From positions 1 to 30,090 of the forward strand of contig JAAFKJ010000080.1 of NCBI GenBank assembly GCA_021399395.1: 30,090 nt of DNA, written 5' to 3'. The notes below the pieces were generated by a model. The model had not been told where the DNA came from. It saw nothing but the letters and a program-made list of their open reading frames with translations, and did no database searches. The position numbers were made by a program, and so were the translations under genes. Positions 8,520 to 17,709 of this stretch are shown in pieces; position 1 is the first letter of the stretch, and each line of letters opens with the position of its first letter. Origin of the DNA: Candidatus Heimdallarchaeota archaeon (lineage in GTDB: Archaea > Asgardarchaeota > Heimdallarchaeia > Heimdallarchaeales > Heimdallarchaeaceae).

Positions 8520-10061
8520 ATGAAAAAAAAATTGCTGACTTTAGTTATATTAGTAGCGTTGTTTTCCTCTCTTCAAGGATTTAATACAACGATTTATTCT
8601 CAACAAAAACCTAGCGATTATATAATTCTTAATGATTCTGTTCTACCTTACTTCAAAAATGTAGTTTTCATAACTTGGGATGGAACAAATTACAAGGTTT
8701 TAGAGGATATGATAGGTGATGGATTATTACCAAAGACAGAAAAAATAGATCAAATAGGATACAGACAGACAATCAGGATTACCTCACATGTAACAGGAAC
8801 AAATCCAGGTTTAGCTTGTATGGAAACAGGCTATGGACCTGACATCAATATGATTCCATACAATATGTTTGGGTCTGGAACAACAAAAACATCAATCCCT
8901 GAGAATCTAACTATTGCTGAGAGATTAAAGAACAATTTTGGTGATGATGTAACTACCATGTTCGTCTATGCATGGCAAACAGCTGAAATGGATATGACTT
9001 ATATGAACCAGGATCCAATGATTGACCCAATATATGATAACATGAAGAACGAAACTGATATGTATTTTGCTTCAGAAAATCTTACATGGGTTCCTGGTGA
9101 TCCAGATGCTCTAGCTGCTGCCCTTCATGGTTTCAATGAAGATGTTCAATTATATTATTCTCCTGTAATGAGAGCAGATTATCTAGGAGGTGTTGCAGTA
9201 GATTTCTTGCAAAACGTTACTTCTGAAAGGTTCTATTTGCGTGTGCATATGACTGAACCAGATCAAGCAGGACATGGTTTTGGCGTTACTGATACAACAA
9301 CTGGTGAATACACTGAAGAGTACATGCAATCCTTAGTTGAATGTGATATCGGTACAGGTTTGATTCTTGATCAATTAGAAGCGATGGGTGTAATGGATGA
9401 GACACTTGTTATAATAGGTGCAGATCATGGTATGTATGATCATGGTCACGACGGTGGAGTATGGCCTGAAAATGAAGACGAGATAACTACAAATACATTC
9501 ATCATGAGTAATGATTCAGTAAAACACTCACTAGGTGTTCCTAATTACCAACGCGATATAGCTCCAACAATACTTGCATCTATGGGTATTGACACACTAG
9601 CTGTCGACCCAGCATTTGTAAGAACAAGTCAAATTGGTGTTCCTTTCTGGGATTTAGATGATACAACAGCTCCAAGAATTGATGAGGTTCTGTATAAGGT
9701 AGCTGATGCCAGTTCAGCACCTATAGACGAAAATGCAAGTATTAATGCTATTTTTGATATTAGTATGGGTGTTTTTGATTGGTGTAATCAACTAACCGGT
9801 GTTCTAAAAGTAGGTGATTTAGAATTTCTCTCAACTTCGTCAACATATAAGCGAGTAAAATGGGGTGGAATTGACCTAACCTCTTTAGAAGGGGGACAAA
9901 TTACATTAAACTTCACTATTACAGATGTTTTTGGGAACAGTGTATCACAACTAATAGAAACTCAGGTCAATGTTGAAGAAGCACCAATATCTCTATGGTT
10001 CTCAATAGTTGGTATATTAGCTGTAGGTACTGCAACTTATATGAAAAAGAAACAAAAATAA
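8520..10061 (+). CDS. Secreted alkaline-phosphatase-superfamily (NPP/phosphodiesterase-like) metalloenzyme with C-terminal anchor
   Basis: Likely start is ATG 8520 (MKKKLL… signal peptide) rather than 8442. Metal motifs FITWDG, EPDQAGH and ADHG, candidate Thr nucleophile in TGTNPG…ETG, and DIAPTI. Ends in TM + KKKQK. Confidence 0.85.
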   Translation: MKKKLLTLVILVALFSSLQGFNTTIYSQQKPSDYIILNDSVLPYFKNVVFITWDGTNYKVLEDMIGDGLLPKTEKIDQIGYRQTIRITSHVTGTNPGLACMETGYGPDINMIPYNMFGSGTTKTSIPENLTIAERLKNNFGDDVTTMFVYAWQTAEMDMTYMNQDPMIDPIYDNMKNETDMYFASENLTWVPGDPDALAAALHGFNEDVQLYYSPVMRADYLGGVAVDFLQNVTSERFYLRVHMTEPDQAGHGFGVTDTTTGEYTEEYMQSLVECDIGTGLILDQLEAMGVMDETLVIIGADHGMYDHGHDGGVWPENEDEITTNTFIMSNDSVKHSLGVPNYQRDIAPTILASMGIDTLAVDPAFVRTSQIGVPFWDLDDTTAPRIDEVLYKVADASSAPIDENASINAIFDISMGVFDWCNQLTGVLKVGDLEFLSTSSTYKRVKWGGIDLTSLEGGQITLNFTITDVFGNSVSQLIETQVNVEEAPISLWFSIVGILAVGTATYMKKKQK

Positions 10062-10089
10062 CTTCTTTTTTCTTCTTTCTTCTATTCTT
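10062..10089 (+). terminator. Pyrimidine/U-rich terminator between convergent genes
   Basis: CTTCTTTTTTCTTCTTTCTTCTATTCTT directly after the stop codon. Confidence 0.5.
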
Positions 10090-11691
10090 TTATTGAAAAT
10101 TAATTTTCTTTTGTTCATATCCAATTTTGTTACCATTTTCATCTTGAAATATGAAGTCAATAAAAGTCGGTCCTAAAAAGTTTGTAGCTGGAATTTCAAT
10201 CATTATAGGTTCATGTGAATTTGGCGGAATTAGTAGAGGTAGGAGATGGCTAGTATACAAACCTCCTCGAACAAAGGAAACACGGAGTGTGCCAATCATT
10301 GAAGTTTCATTACGATTGTAGAGATGAATAGGAATATTGAACGGTTTGTGAACAGGAGCTGATTCAGGAGCTGTAACCCTAATCTCTATCTCTTTATCTT
10401 GTTGTTCTAAATCTAGACTTGGCAATGAATATTTGAGATTTAACCCTTCAAAGAAGGTTCCTTTTATTCTATCAGATTCTAATGAGGAAGACTCAACATA
10501 CGCTCCTGAAGGTTGTCTATCCCATATAACATTTTTATGAGAATGAAGATTAATTTGTTTTGAATCCATGTCATCATAACTGTAACGGACTTCTCTGATA
10601 TTGGTGTCTCCCAAAGTATTTCCTCGTTGAATGATAATACAACTTGGGTCTCTGTATAGATACCTGAAATCATGTTGGAGAGTAGGATCTATGGGAATCC
10701 ATATTCCATTTGAGAAAAACTCAGCTTGAGAATGATATACCCAACCCTCATATTCACTGAGAATTATGCTTGTTGTCATTCTTGCTGGAACCTTTGCTGA
10801 ACGGCATAAACTTACAAAAAGTGAAGCAAATTCTGTGCAATCTCCAACGTTGTTCTCAATTGCAAAACCTGCTCCATAATCACCATTTTGAGGAACATAA
10901 GTGATGTTATTTCGAACATACTTCAGAAAAGCAAGAACTTTGTTTATTGGTGTGTGAGAGCTATACTTCCTTGCAACAGCTTTGATTTTTTCATGATCAG
11001 ACTCTAGAAATTCTTCTGGTTTAGTATAATTCTTCTGAGTTTCAGGATAAAATCTCGAACTGTCCTTCTCTTCTCCCTTTATTCTGGTAATGTCATAAGA
11101 AATCAAACGAGTGATGATTAAAGCTCTATATGCGACAGTAATTTTCTCATTTGGATTGACTTGGTGGAAATAGAATCTTAACCACCTATTCCCCTCTTTA
11201 TCAGTTACAAGTTTAGAAGGTTTATAGTTACAACATACTTCTGCAATGTTTTGAGTAGGAGAAATGTTTGGAGGAAGTGCAACGTCAACAACGAAATTAT
11301 TTATTGGAAAGCTATTTGGATTTGTTATTTGAACACCGTAATAAAGTATCCAACGATAAATCAAATGTTTACTAGTTCGAATATTTATCTTCTCTCTAAG
11401 CTTGAAATCACCATCTATTTGCAGTATATACGTACCTGAAAACAGATCTGGAGTAATAGGAAACGAATAGATTCGTTTTAACCCAGTATCATCCAGCCGT
11501 ACTTGATCAGAATCAATAATTGTTCCAATTGGAGAGATAAAAAGAATATGCAATTTTTGATTTCTTTTCGTTTGAACAAAAGGAATAGCATCACGTTTTC
11601 CAGAAATCAAAATAGTGTCCCCTACTTCAGCAGGATTCTTCAAAGAAATCGGTTGAATTCGATTATTTCTAACATGAAATACTTCAATCAT
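10090..11691 (-). CDS. Transglutaminase-like domain protein (putative cysteine protease/transamidase) with flanking beta-rich domains
   Basis: GDCTEFASLFVSLCRSAKVPAR, HSQAE and WIPIDPT give the Cys-His-Asp triad of the transglutaminase-like superfamily. No signal peptide. Confidence 0.85.
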   Translation of the reverse strand: MIEVFHVRNNRIQPISLKNPAEVGDTILISGKRDAIPFVQTKRNQKLHILFISPIGTIIDSDQVRLDDTGLKRIYSFPITPDLFSGTYILQIDGDFKLREKINIRTSKHLIYRWILYYGVQITNPNSFPINNFVVDVALPPNISPTQNIAEVCCNYKPSKLVTDKEGNRWLRFYFHQVNPNEKITVAYRALIITRLISYDITRIKGEEKDSSRFYPETQKNYTKPEEFLESDHEKIKAVARKYSSHTPINKVLAFLKYVRNNITYVPQNGDYGAGFAIENNVGDCTEFASLFVSLCRSAKVPARMTTSIILSEYEGWVYHSQAEFFSNGIWIPIDPTLQHDFRYLYRDPSCIIIQRGNTLGDTNIREVRYSYDDMDSKQINLHSHKNVIWDRQPSGAYVESSSLESDRIKGTFFEGLNLKYSLPSLDLEQQDKEIEIRVTAPESAPVHKPFNIPIHLYNRNETSMIGTLRVSFVRGGLYTSHLLPLLIPPNSHEPIMIEIPATNFLGPTFIDFIFQDENGNKIGYEQKKINFQ

Positions 11692-11728
11692 TTGTCAACC
11701 ACTATTTTGTAATTCGAGCATTAGCTAT

Positions 11729-11743
11729 GAAGTACTGTACTTC
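11729..11743. promoter_or_regulatory. Perfect 7-1-7 inverted repeat GAAGTAC-T-GTACTTC (candidate operator/leader hairpin)
   Basis: Seen directly, ~40 nt upstream of the transglutaminase-like start and downstream of a minus-strand TTTATA at ~11782-11787. Confidence 0.35.
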
Positions 11744-11966
11744 TGCAGTTATTCCTCAAAGTTCATTATCAAAATTTTCAATATAAATATACGTAATATT
11801 GTAGGGTGCTGAAACATCGGAATTCACAAGAAAACACTATACATTCCAATTATTGAAATAAATTCTCGCAGATAGCGGCTTAGTAATTTTGAAGTATTTT
11901 TGTCGGAAACTACGTTTCAATCCCTTTAGCAGAAAAGTTTAATTAGGAGAAGTTTCTCTTTATAAT

Positions 11967-11980
11967 TGCACACATGTGCA
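11967..11980. promoter_or_regulatory. Inverted repeat TGCACA-CA-TGTGCA next to a TATA-like element
   Basis: Seen directly between TTTATAA (11959-11965) and the GGTGA RBS/ATG at 11993. Confidence 0.35.
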
Positions 11981-11992
11981 CGGTGAAATAAA

Positions 11993-13027
11993 ATGAAAAG
12001 AAAACATATTTTCAGTTTAATTCTAATAGTAGGAATGATCGCAGGCATGACACAAACTCAAGCCGCAATTTCTACTGAAATTGAATTTACTGGCCTAAAA
12101 ATCGCTTTTGATTTGTATCATGGTGGTTATCATGCAAATGATGTAGACAACCTTGCTGCAAATCTAACATTAGCTGGTAATACAGTCGTTTACATCAATC
12201 AATCTTGGAGACTTGATGACGATGTTGATGTACTATTCCTAACAGAAGCAGATGTTGGTAGGGATTGGTCTATTAAACAAATAGTTGACATAGCCTTCTG
12301 GTTTGCTCAAGGTGACAAGTTACTTTGGGGCGCTGGAGATTCAGATTATGGCGGTTATTATGACCCATATGCAATCAACAACGTTTTAGAAGGTCTCGGC
12401 TCTATTATAAGACTTGATGCAACCTCAATTTCTGATGCTGTCTATAATGACGGTGCTGCATACAGAGCAGCTGCTACAGAATTTGGTGTTGGAGACCCTC
12501 TATATGATACCGACATCGTTGGAAATGTATCAGAAGGTTGTACAGCTGGTGCAATATTCCATGGACCTTGTTCAATAGTAGCTTTTGATGGAACATATTA
12601 CAAAGACCTACGATATGGTAAATCTATATTCCCAGAAAGAGTTTGGACTTTGATGACATACAGTGTAAATGCTACTTCTGATGACTCAGATGTCAGTGAT
12701 GATTGGCAAGGATTAGATCTATATGCTAACTCTACTACAAATGGATTATATCCAGCTTTAGTATATGAGCATTCATTAACCTATGATAGTCACATCGTAC
12801 TATCTGGTGAAGCAATCTACTCCGACTACAAGTATATGTATGACCAAAAAACAGAAAACGGCGTTTATAACAACGGCACAGCATTCGGTCAAGTAATTGT
12901 AAACAATCTTCTTAACTTCTTACTACCCTTCCCAGAAGACGTAGGAACAGAGGATACAAGTTTCTTTGCTTTAATTCCAGTTGTTGCACTAGGTGTTATT
13001 TACGTAGTTATGAGAAAGAGAAAGTAA
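11993..13027 (+). CDS. Secreted, C-terminally anchored surface protein with class-I GATase-like/GIFT (GldG/IFT52/DUF4350-like) fold
   Basis: Signal peptide. KIAFDLYHG…NLAANL…GNTVVYI…DVDVLFL…GDKLLWGAGDSD pattern. Ends in TM + RKRK. Fold call is by eye. Confidence 0.55.
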   Translation: MKRKHIFSLILIVGMIAGMTQTQAAISTEIEFTGLKIAFDLYHGGYHANDVDNLAANLTLAGNTVVYINQSWRLDDDVDVLFLTEADVGRDWSIKQIVDIAFWFAQGDKLLWGAGDSDYGGYYDPYAINNVLEGLGSIIRLDATSISDAVYNDGAAYRAAATEFGVGDPLYDTDIVGNVSEGCTAGAIFHGPCSIVAFDGTYYKDLRYGKSIFPERVWTLMTYSVNATSDDSDVSDDWQGLDLYANSTTNGLYPALVYEHSLTYDSHIVLSGEAIYSDYKYMYDQKTENGVYNNGTAFGQVIVNNLLNFLLPFPEDVGTEDTSFFALIPVVALGVIYVVMRKRK

Positions 13028-13033
13028 TCTACT

Positions 13034-13061
13034 TTCTGTTTTTTTCTTTTTTTATTTCTTT
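13034..13061 (+). terminator. U-rich terminator
   Basis: TTCTGTTTTTTTCTTTTTTTATTTCTTT shortly after the stop codon. Confidence 0.55.
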
Positions 13062-13132
13062 AATTTATTAGTAAATTGTTCACTAAATTTTTAATGATGA
13101 TTCTATTTCTTCTATTAGTAGAGTTGTGACAT

Positions 13133-13552
13133 ATGCAGGTAATTTGGGGGTACTCACCTGAAGAAATTTTAGACTTCTATAAGGAAGTAGGGAATGAAAT
13201 CGTCGCTGTAAAGCAACTGTTTTCTGCACTTCTATTTAAGAATGGCATAAAAGGAATCTGTGCTAAGATTGCTACATCAGAGTCAAACTCATTGATACAA
13301 ATAGAACTTCACATTGATTCTGAGAAAGTGTTCGAAGAAGTTATTTCCCCTAACGAGAAACAAGAATACTTCTTTGAATTAGATGAAGTTATTGTACCAG
13401 AAATAAAAATAGAAGTTATTTTACAAGTTAAAAACGGCTCTGTACAACTACCTCTATCCTCAATAGGTACAGGAATGGGATTTCAAAAAACTACTGGAGA
13501 CTACCAACCTACAAATCATCTAGCATTAGGGTTAATAATACCTGACTCATAG
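13133..13552 (+). CDS. Hypothetical protein (beta-rich, acidic)
   Basis: 139-aa ORF with ATG and an upstream TATA-like TTTTTAA; no recognised motif. Confidence 0.65.
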   Translation: MQVIWGYSPEEILDFYKEVGNEIVAVKQLFSALLFKNGIKGICAKIATSESNSLIQIELHIDSEKVFEEVISPNEKQEYFFELDEVIVPEIKIEVILQVKNGSVQLPLSSIGTGMGFQKTTGDYQPTNHLALGLIIPDS

Positions 13553-14044
13553 TTTTTTTCTCATCGAAAGGAGTTTAATATCAAAACCTAATTTATTATA
13601 AAAATCAACACCTTCTTTATTCTGTGAATGAACATATAGTGATAATTCATTAGCATCATTTTGTTTTGCAAACCCCTTCTCAAATTTCTGCATGAGTGCA
13701 GTACCTACTCCTGTTCTTCTATACTGCTTGACTACAGCGATATCAGAGATGTGGGCTATTATTCGATTTTTGAAGAATCCAGAATGTTTCTTAACATATC
13801 CAAAAACAAAACCAATAATCTCATTATCCTTTTTGGCAATATACACTGTTTGAGTAGGATCATGAATTGCTTTTGAAACCATGAAACCAAAATTTGATCT
13901 TCCATCTTTATCTAAAGCAAAATCACTATCAAAACTGGAATGCCAATTAATGACCTCTTCCCAAATGTCAACTATTGTTTTTACGACTTCTTTAGAAGCT
14001 AATTTAAGTTCCGTTATGACAAATTCTTCTGAATCACTGACCAT
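13547..14044 (-). CDS. GNAT family N-acetyltransferase
   Basis: HISDIAVVKQYRRTGVGTALM (motif A, RxxGxG) and N…FYNKLGF (motif B). Confidence 0.92.
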   Translation of the reverse strand: MVSDSEEFVITELKLASKEVVKTIVDIWEEVINWHSSFDSDFALDKDGRSNFGFMVSKAIHDPTQTVYIAKKDNEIIGFVFGYVKKHSGFFKNRIIAHISDIAVVKQYRRTGVGTALMQKFEKGFAKQNDANELSLYVHSQNKEGVDFYNKLGFDIKLLSMRKKL

Positions 14045-14163
14045 AAGAATATTATGTCTTTCTAGTTTGTATGTTTTACTGTTGATATCTGAGGAACGGA
14101 TCTTTGTTGATGACTAACTTTTTTAATAATCAATTTGCACTAAAATCAATAGGAGTTGTAACC

Positions 14164-15423
14164 ATGCTTGCTAATAATCCTACAAAAGATTTCTTAATAT
14201 TCGAAAGAGATTTCTCTAACATCCTCAAATTTGAGGAGAAAAAATCGATTTATGATTTGAAAGTCAAAAATAAGAGAGTATTGGTTAGAGTAGATTTTAA
14301 TGTTCCAATAAACGAACTTGGTGAAATTACTGATTCACGAAGAATAGAAAGATCCTTACCAACCATCAAGTACTTACAAGAGATGAATTGTAGAATTATA
14401 CTCATATCTCATTTAGGAAGACCTAATGGGGAAGTAATAGAGAAATTGAAGCTTACTCCCATATTTACCAAACTTCAAGAATTTCTCCCTCTTACAAATA
14501 TCTACAAAGCAGATGATTGCATAGGTCCTGATGTTGAGGATGCTGTTTCAAGATTGGACAAAGGTGAAATACTCTTACTGGAAAATTCCCGTTTTCACAA
14601 AGAAGAAAAAGAAAATGATTCTGGTTTTTCAGAAGAACTTTCTAGGTTAGCTGATGTTTATATTACAGATGCATTTGCGACCGCGCATAGAAGACATTCC
14701 TCAACATATGGTGTTTGCGATTATCTTACTGAAAACGGATATGGTTTCTTGATGAAAAAAGAACTTGAATATCTTACTCAGAGTATCGAAAAACCAAAGC
14801 GACCTTTTACTGTAATCTTAGGTGGTGCAAAAGTCAAAGATAAGCTGGATGTTATTGGTTATCTTCTTGGACTTGCTGACAATATCCTAATAGGTGGAGG
14901 GATGGCATATACCTTTCTCTTAGCAAAAGGTTACTCTATTGGTCAATCTATAAAAGATGAATCAAAACTTGATGAAGTGAAAGAGTATTTTATTACAGAT
15001 TCAAAGGGAACGAAAATCTTCCTTCCTGAAGATGTTATAGTTTGTGATGATATAAACTCCCCAAATAGGGTTGAAGCAGTATCTATAGAGAACATTAAAG
15101 AGAAAGATATTGGTGCAGACATAGGTAAAAAAACTATTACTAAATTTCAAGAAATACTTAAGAATTCGAAGCAAGTTCTATGGAATGGTCCTATGGGAAT
15201 TTTTGAGAAAGAAGAATTTGAAAGAGGAACCAAGGATATTGCTGAATTTCTAGTTGAGAATAAGATTCATACCATAGTGGGAGGAGGAGACAGCGCTGCT
15301 GCTTTTGAAAAATACCATTTACAGGATAAGGTTTCGTTTATTTCCACTGGTGGTGGGGCAAGTTTAGAAATAATGAAAGGCTCCCTTTTACCAGGTATAG
15401 AATGTTTGAAAGACAAAAAATAG
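14164..15423 (+). CDS. pgk: Phosphoglycerate kinase
   Basis: RVDFNVP, SHLGRP, LLENSRF, DAFATAHR, LGGAKVKDK, GGGMAYTF, WNGPMGIFE, GGGDS and STGGGASLE. Start uncertain; ATG 14164 preferred over 14104. Confidence 0.97.
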   Translation: MLANNPTKDFLIFERDFSNILKFEEKKSIYDLKVKNKRVLVRVDFNVPINELGEITDSRRIERSLPTIKYLQEMNCRIILISHLGRPNGEVIEKLKLTPIFTKLQEFLPLTNIYKADDCIGPDVEDAVSRLDKGEILLLENSRFHKEEKENDSGFSEELSRLADVYITDAFATAHRRHSSTYGVCDYLTENGYGFLMKKELEYLTQSIEKPKRPFTVILGGAKVKDKLDVIGYLLGLADNILIGGGMAYTFLLAKGYSIGQSIKDESKLDEVKEYFITDSKGTKIFLPEDVIVCDDINSPNRVEAVSIENIKEKDIGADIGKKTITKFQEILKNSKQVLWNGPMGIFEKEEFERGTKDIAEFLVENKIHTIVGGGDSAAAFEKYHLQDKVSFISTGGGASLEIMKGSLLPGIECLKDKK

Positions 15424-15425
15424 GA

Positions 15426-17042
15426 TTAGAATAATAATATAATCATATAACTAGCAAATGCAAAAGTTGCACCCACAATAATGCTAAATAGATTCACAAA
15501 ATCATTTCTAATCCATTTCACACCAGAATGGTGTTCTGTTTGTTTTTCACAGTGTTCCTTTTTCTCTGTGATTTTGCCACATACTGTGCATTTGTTCATT
15601 TTCTGTATAGTACAAGCAAAAACACTGTCCATATATGCTCCAATAGTACCTCCTATGACAACAGGAATTATGAATTTCCAAAGAGAAGAGGGTAACTCTA
15701 ATGTTGTTAATGTGTCAACTTGTGCAATACCTAAACCTAGGAAAGCTATAATTGCTGCTCCAAGGATTGATGACACTATTCCTAAGAAGGAGATAGCCCC
15801 TGGTGTGCCTCTTGGTACCTTTACCCATGGTTTAGTAGACAAACGTGGTTCTCTTCTAGAAAGAGCACCAATTTCTGTTCCAAGAGTATCTGCCAAGCTT
15901 ACAGCTATAGCACCTGCACCAGCCATAAGTACCATCAGCTCCTGCTGAATAGGTACATGACCTCGGACAAGAACTATTAGAAAGGACATAACAGCTGGAA
16001 TTATACTATTAACCATTGCTTGAACACTATCTCGCGCTGTATCACCCTTTTCATATTCTTGACTAACGCTCTCTTTTGATTTCCTTCCAATAAAAGAGGA
16101 AAGACTGCCTAAAATGAAGAAGATAAAATACATTATACCCCATGTCCAAGATCCTAATCCAAGAATTACTATTCCAAAGTAGAATCCTGCCATTCCCCCA
16201 TCCCAAGTTAGAGCCTTGAAAATGATGCTAACAGTTGCTATGATCAGACCAATAACAGCTGCAATTATAATTGATAAAATCGAAAGTGCTTCATTTAGAT
16301 TAATGAGATTCTCATTGAATAATTTATAGAGACCAAATAGTACTATTGCATTAGCTGCCGGAACAGCTATATTGTCAAACCCTTTAGGAGTTAATGCCTC
16401 AATGAATGCTGTAACAAATCCAGTTAAGAGACCTATATAGATACAAACTGCAACAGATTCCACTGTTCTGAAAAGTATCAAACAACCAATTGTTACCGAA
16501 ATGAATGTTGCAAAAGCAGCAGCCCAACTACCAAGCAAAGTCTTAGTTCCGCCAAAGATCTTGTAAGCTTTATTATTTCCAAATTTCGACCCTATAACTG
16601 CACTAATTCCATCCCCCCATACTAATGGTAGAAATGACCCAAGCAGGATAACATTATTCTGATTATTGGGGTCAGGATCGAAGAAGAGTGCAACTAAAAC
16701 TGTAAGAGAGATGGCATAAAATACTGTCCCATAAGTGTGACCTGATTCTACACCTTTGAGTCTAAATTTCTTGATTGGTGATGCGGGACCTGTAAAGTAA
16801 GTGAAAGGAATAAAAAATACTGGACCGATCAAGGCGAACCAATTATTTGTAAATACAAAAGGGAATATTAGTATTACATTTCCCACAGATAGATGAACTA
16901 TCTTTCTGGATGTTGGTCCTGAGACCTTGTCTTTTCTTCGTAAGATTTCTGCTACTGTAAGAGCAGAGAGAACAAAAACAAATAGACCTAGTAATCCAAA
17001 TATGTTGCTTAGCTCAATAGGTGTTGTAAAGCTGTAATCCAT
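15426..17042 (-). CDS. Fusion of CTP-dependent polyprenol/phytol kinase-like domain (VTE5/dolichol-kinase family) and DUF92/TMEM19 (VTE6-like) domain
   Basis: N-half: SRKIVHL, WGDGISAVIG, KTLLGS and EALTPKGFDNIAVP. C-half: ALTWDG, RDSVQAMVN, ADTLGTEIG, VPRGTPGAIS, DSVFACTIQ, CTVC…HC and NDFVN. Confidence 0.88.
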   Translation of the reverse strand: MDYSFTTPIELSNIFGLLGLFVFVLSALTVAEILRRKDKVSGPTSRKIVHLSVGNVILIFPFVFTNNWFALIGPVFFIPFTYFTGPASPIKKFRLKGVESGHTYGTVFYAISLTVLVALFFDPDPNNQNNVILLGSFLPLVWGDGISAVIGSKFGNNKAYKIFGGTKTLLGSWAAAFATFISVTIGCLILFRTVESVAVCIYIGLLTGFVTAFIEALTPKGFDNIAVPAANAIVLFGLYKLFNENLINLNEALSILSIIIAAVIGLIIATVSIIFKALTWDGGMAGFYFGIVILGLGSWTWGIMYFIFFILGSLSSFIGRKSKESVSQEYEKGDTARDSVQAMVNSIIPAVMSFLIVLVRGHVPIQQELMVLMAGAGAIAVSLADTLGTEIGALSRREPRLSTKPWVKVPRGTPGAISFLGIVSSILGAAIIAFLGLGIAQVDTLTTLELPSSLWKFIIPVVIGGTIGAYMDSVFACTIQKMNKCTVCGKITEKKEHCEKQTEHHSGVKWIRNDFVNLFSIIVGATFAFASYMIILLF

Positions 17043-17115
17043 GATGTTTCCTCAAATGTAACTGGGTTAAATCTTAATCAACTTTAATGGAGAAATCAAG
17101 TGGGTGGTTAAAAAT

Positions 17116-17709
17116 CTACTGCTCGCTAAATGCATCGCCTTTTTCTAGACTTTCTAGTGCTTTAGCTTTATCAACAGCAGACCCCATTCCTTCACAACGA
17201 GGGTGATAAAATTGTTCACAATTTCTGCATACTTGTTCATTCTTTCGGTCTCTGAATCTAGTGAAATAAGCACGACTAGAGAAATAGATAAACAAAGTTA
17301 TGAGAATAACAGCAAATGCTCCCCAATCCATTCCTTTGGTTATAGCAACTATACCAAGTATAACTGATAAACCAGCACTGATCATAGCAATTCCCAATAA
17401 AAATCTACTAACATCTTTAAACCACCTAGGGGGTTCAAGAAAAGCACTAATTGGTGTAAAAATGAACATGGAATTGGTAGCTATAAACGCAACCCAGAAG
17501 TTAATATGTAAAACAAAAACAACAATTGGGGCTAGAATCAATCCAAAAATCATTCCGCTATATAAATTGACACAACCTCTACACACTTTTTTTCCTCTGA
17601 TTCTATAGACATGTTCATCAAATTTAGAGCAAAGTGGATGGTGGGCTAAACGATAAGGTGAAAGCACCCATTTTTCGCGTCTAGTAAGCTTCTTCGGTTT
17701 TTGGACCAC
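17116..17709 (-). CDS. Membrane protein with Cys/His metal-binding motifs (DUF2085-like)
   Basis: HHPLC…H…VCRGC…YSG before four TM helices, and C-terminal CRNC…HPRC. Overlaps the TPR gene end. Confidence 0.6.
   Translation of the reverse strand: MVQKPKKLTRREKWVLSPYRLAHHPLCSKFDEHVYRIRGKKVCRGCVNLYSGMIFGLILAPIVVFVLHINFWVAFIATNSMFIFTPISAFLEPPRWFKDVSRFLLGIAMISAGLSVILGIVAITKGMDWGAFAVILITLFIYFSSRAYFTRFRDRKNEQVCRNCEQFYHPRCEGMGSAVDKAKALESLEKGDAFSEQ

Noticed and set aside
15481-15948. Antisense/overlapping ORFs in the track (e.g. 15481-15948, 7938-8276, 17300-17608, 25740-26045, 2580-2873)
   Set aside because: They are shadow frames of well-supported genes on the opposite strand or frame, with no independent motifs.
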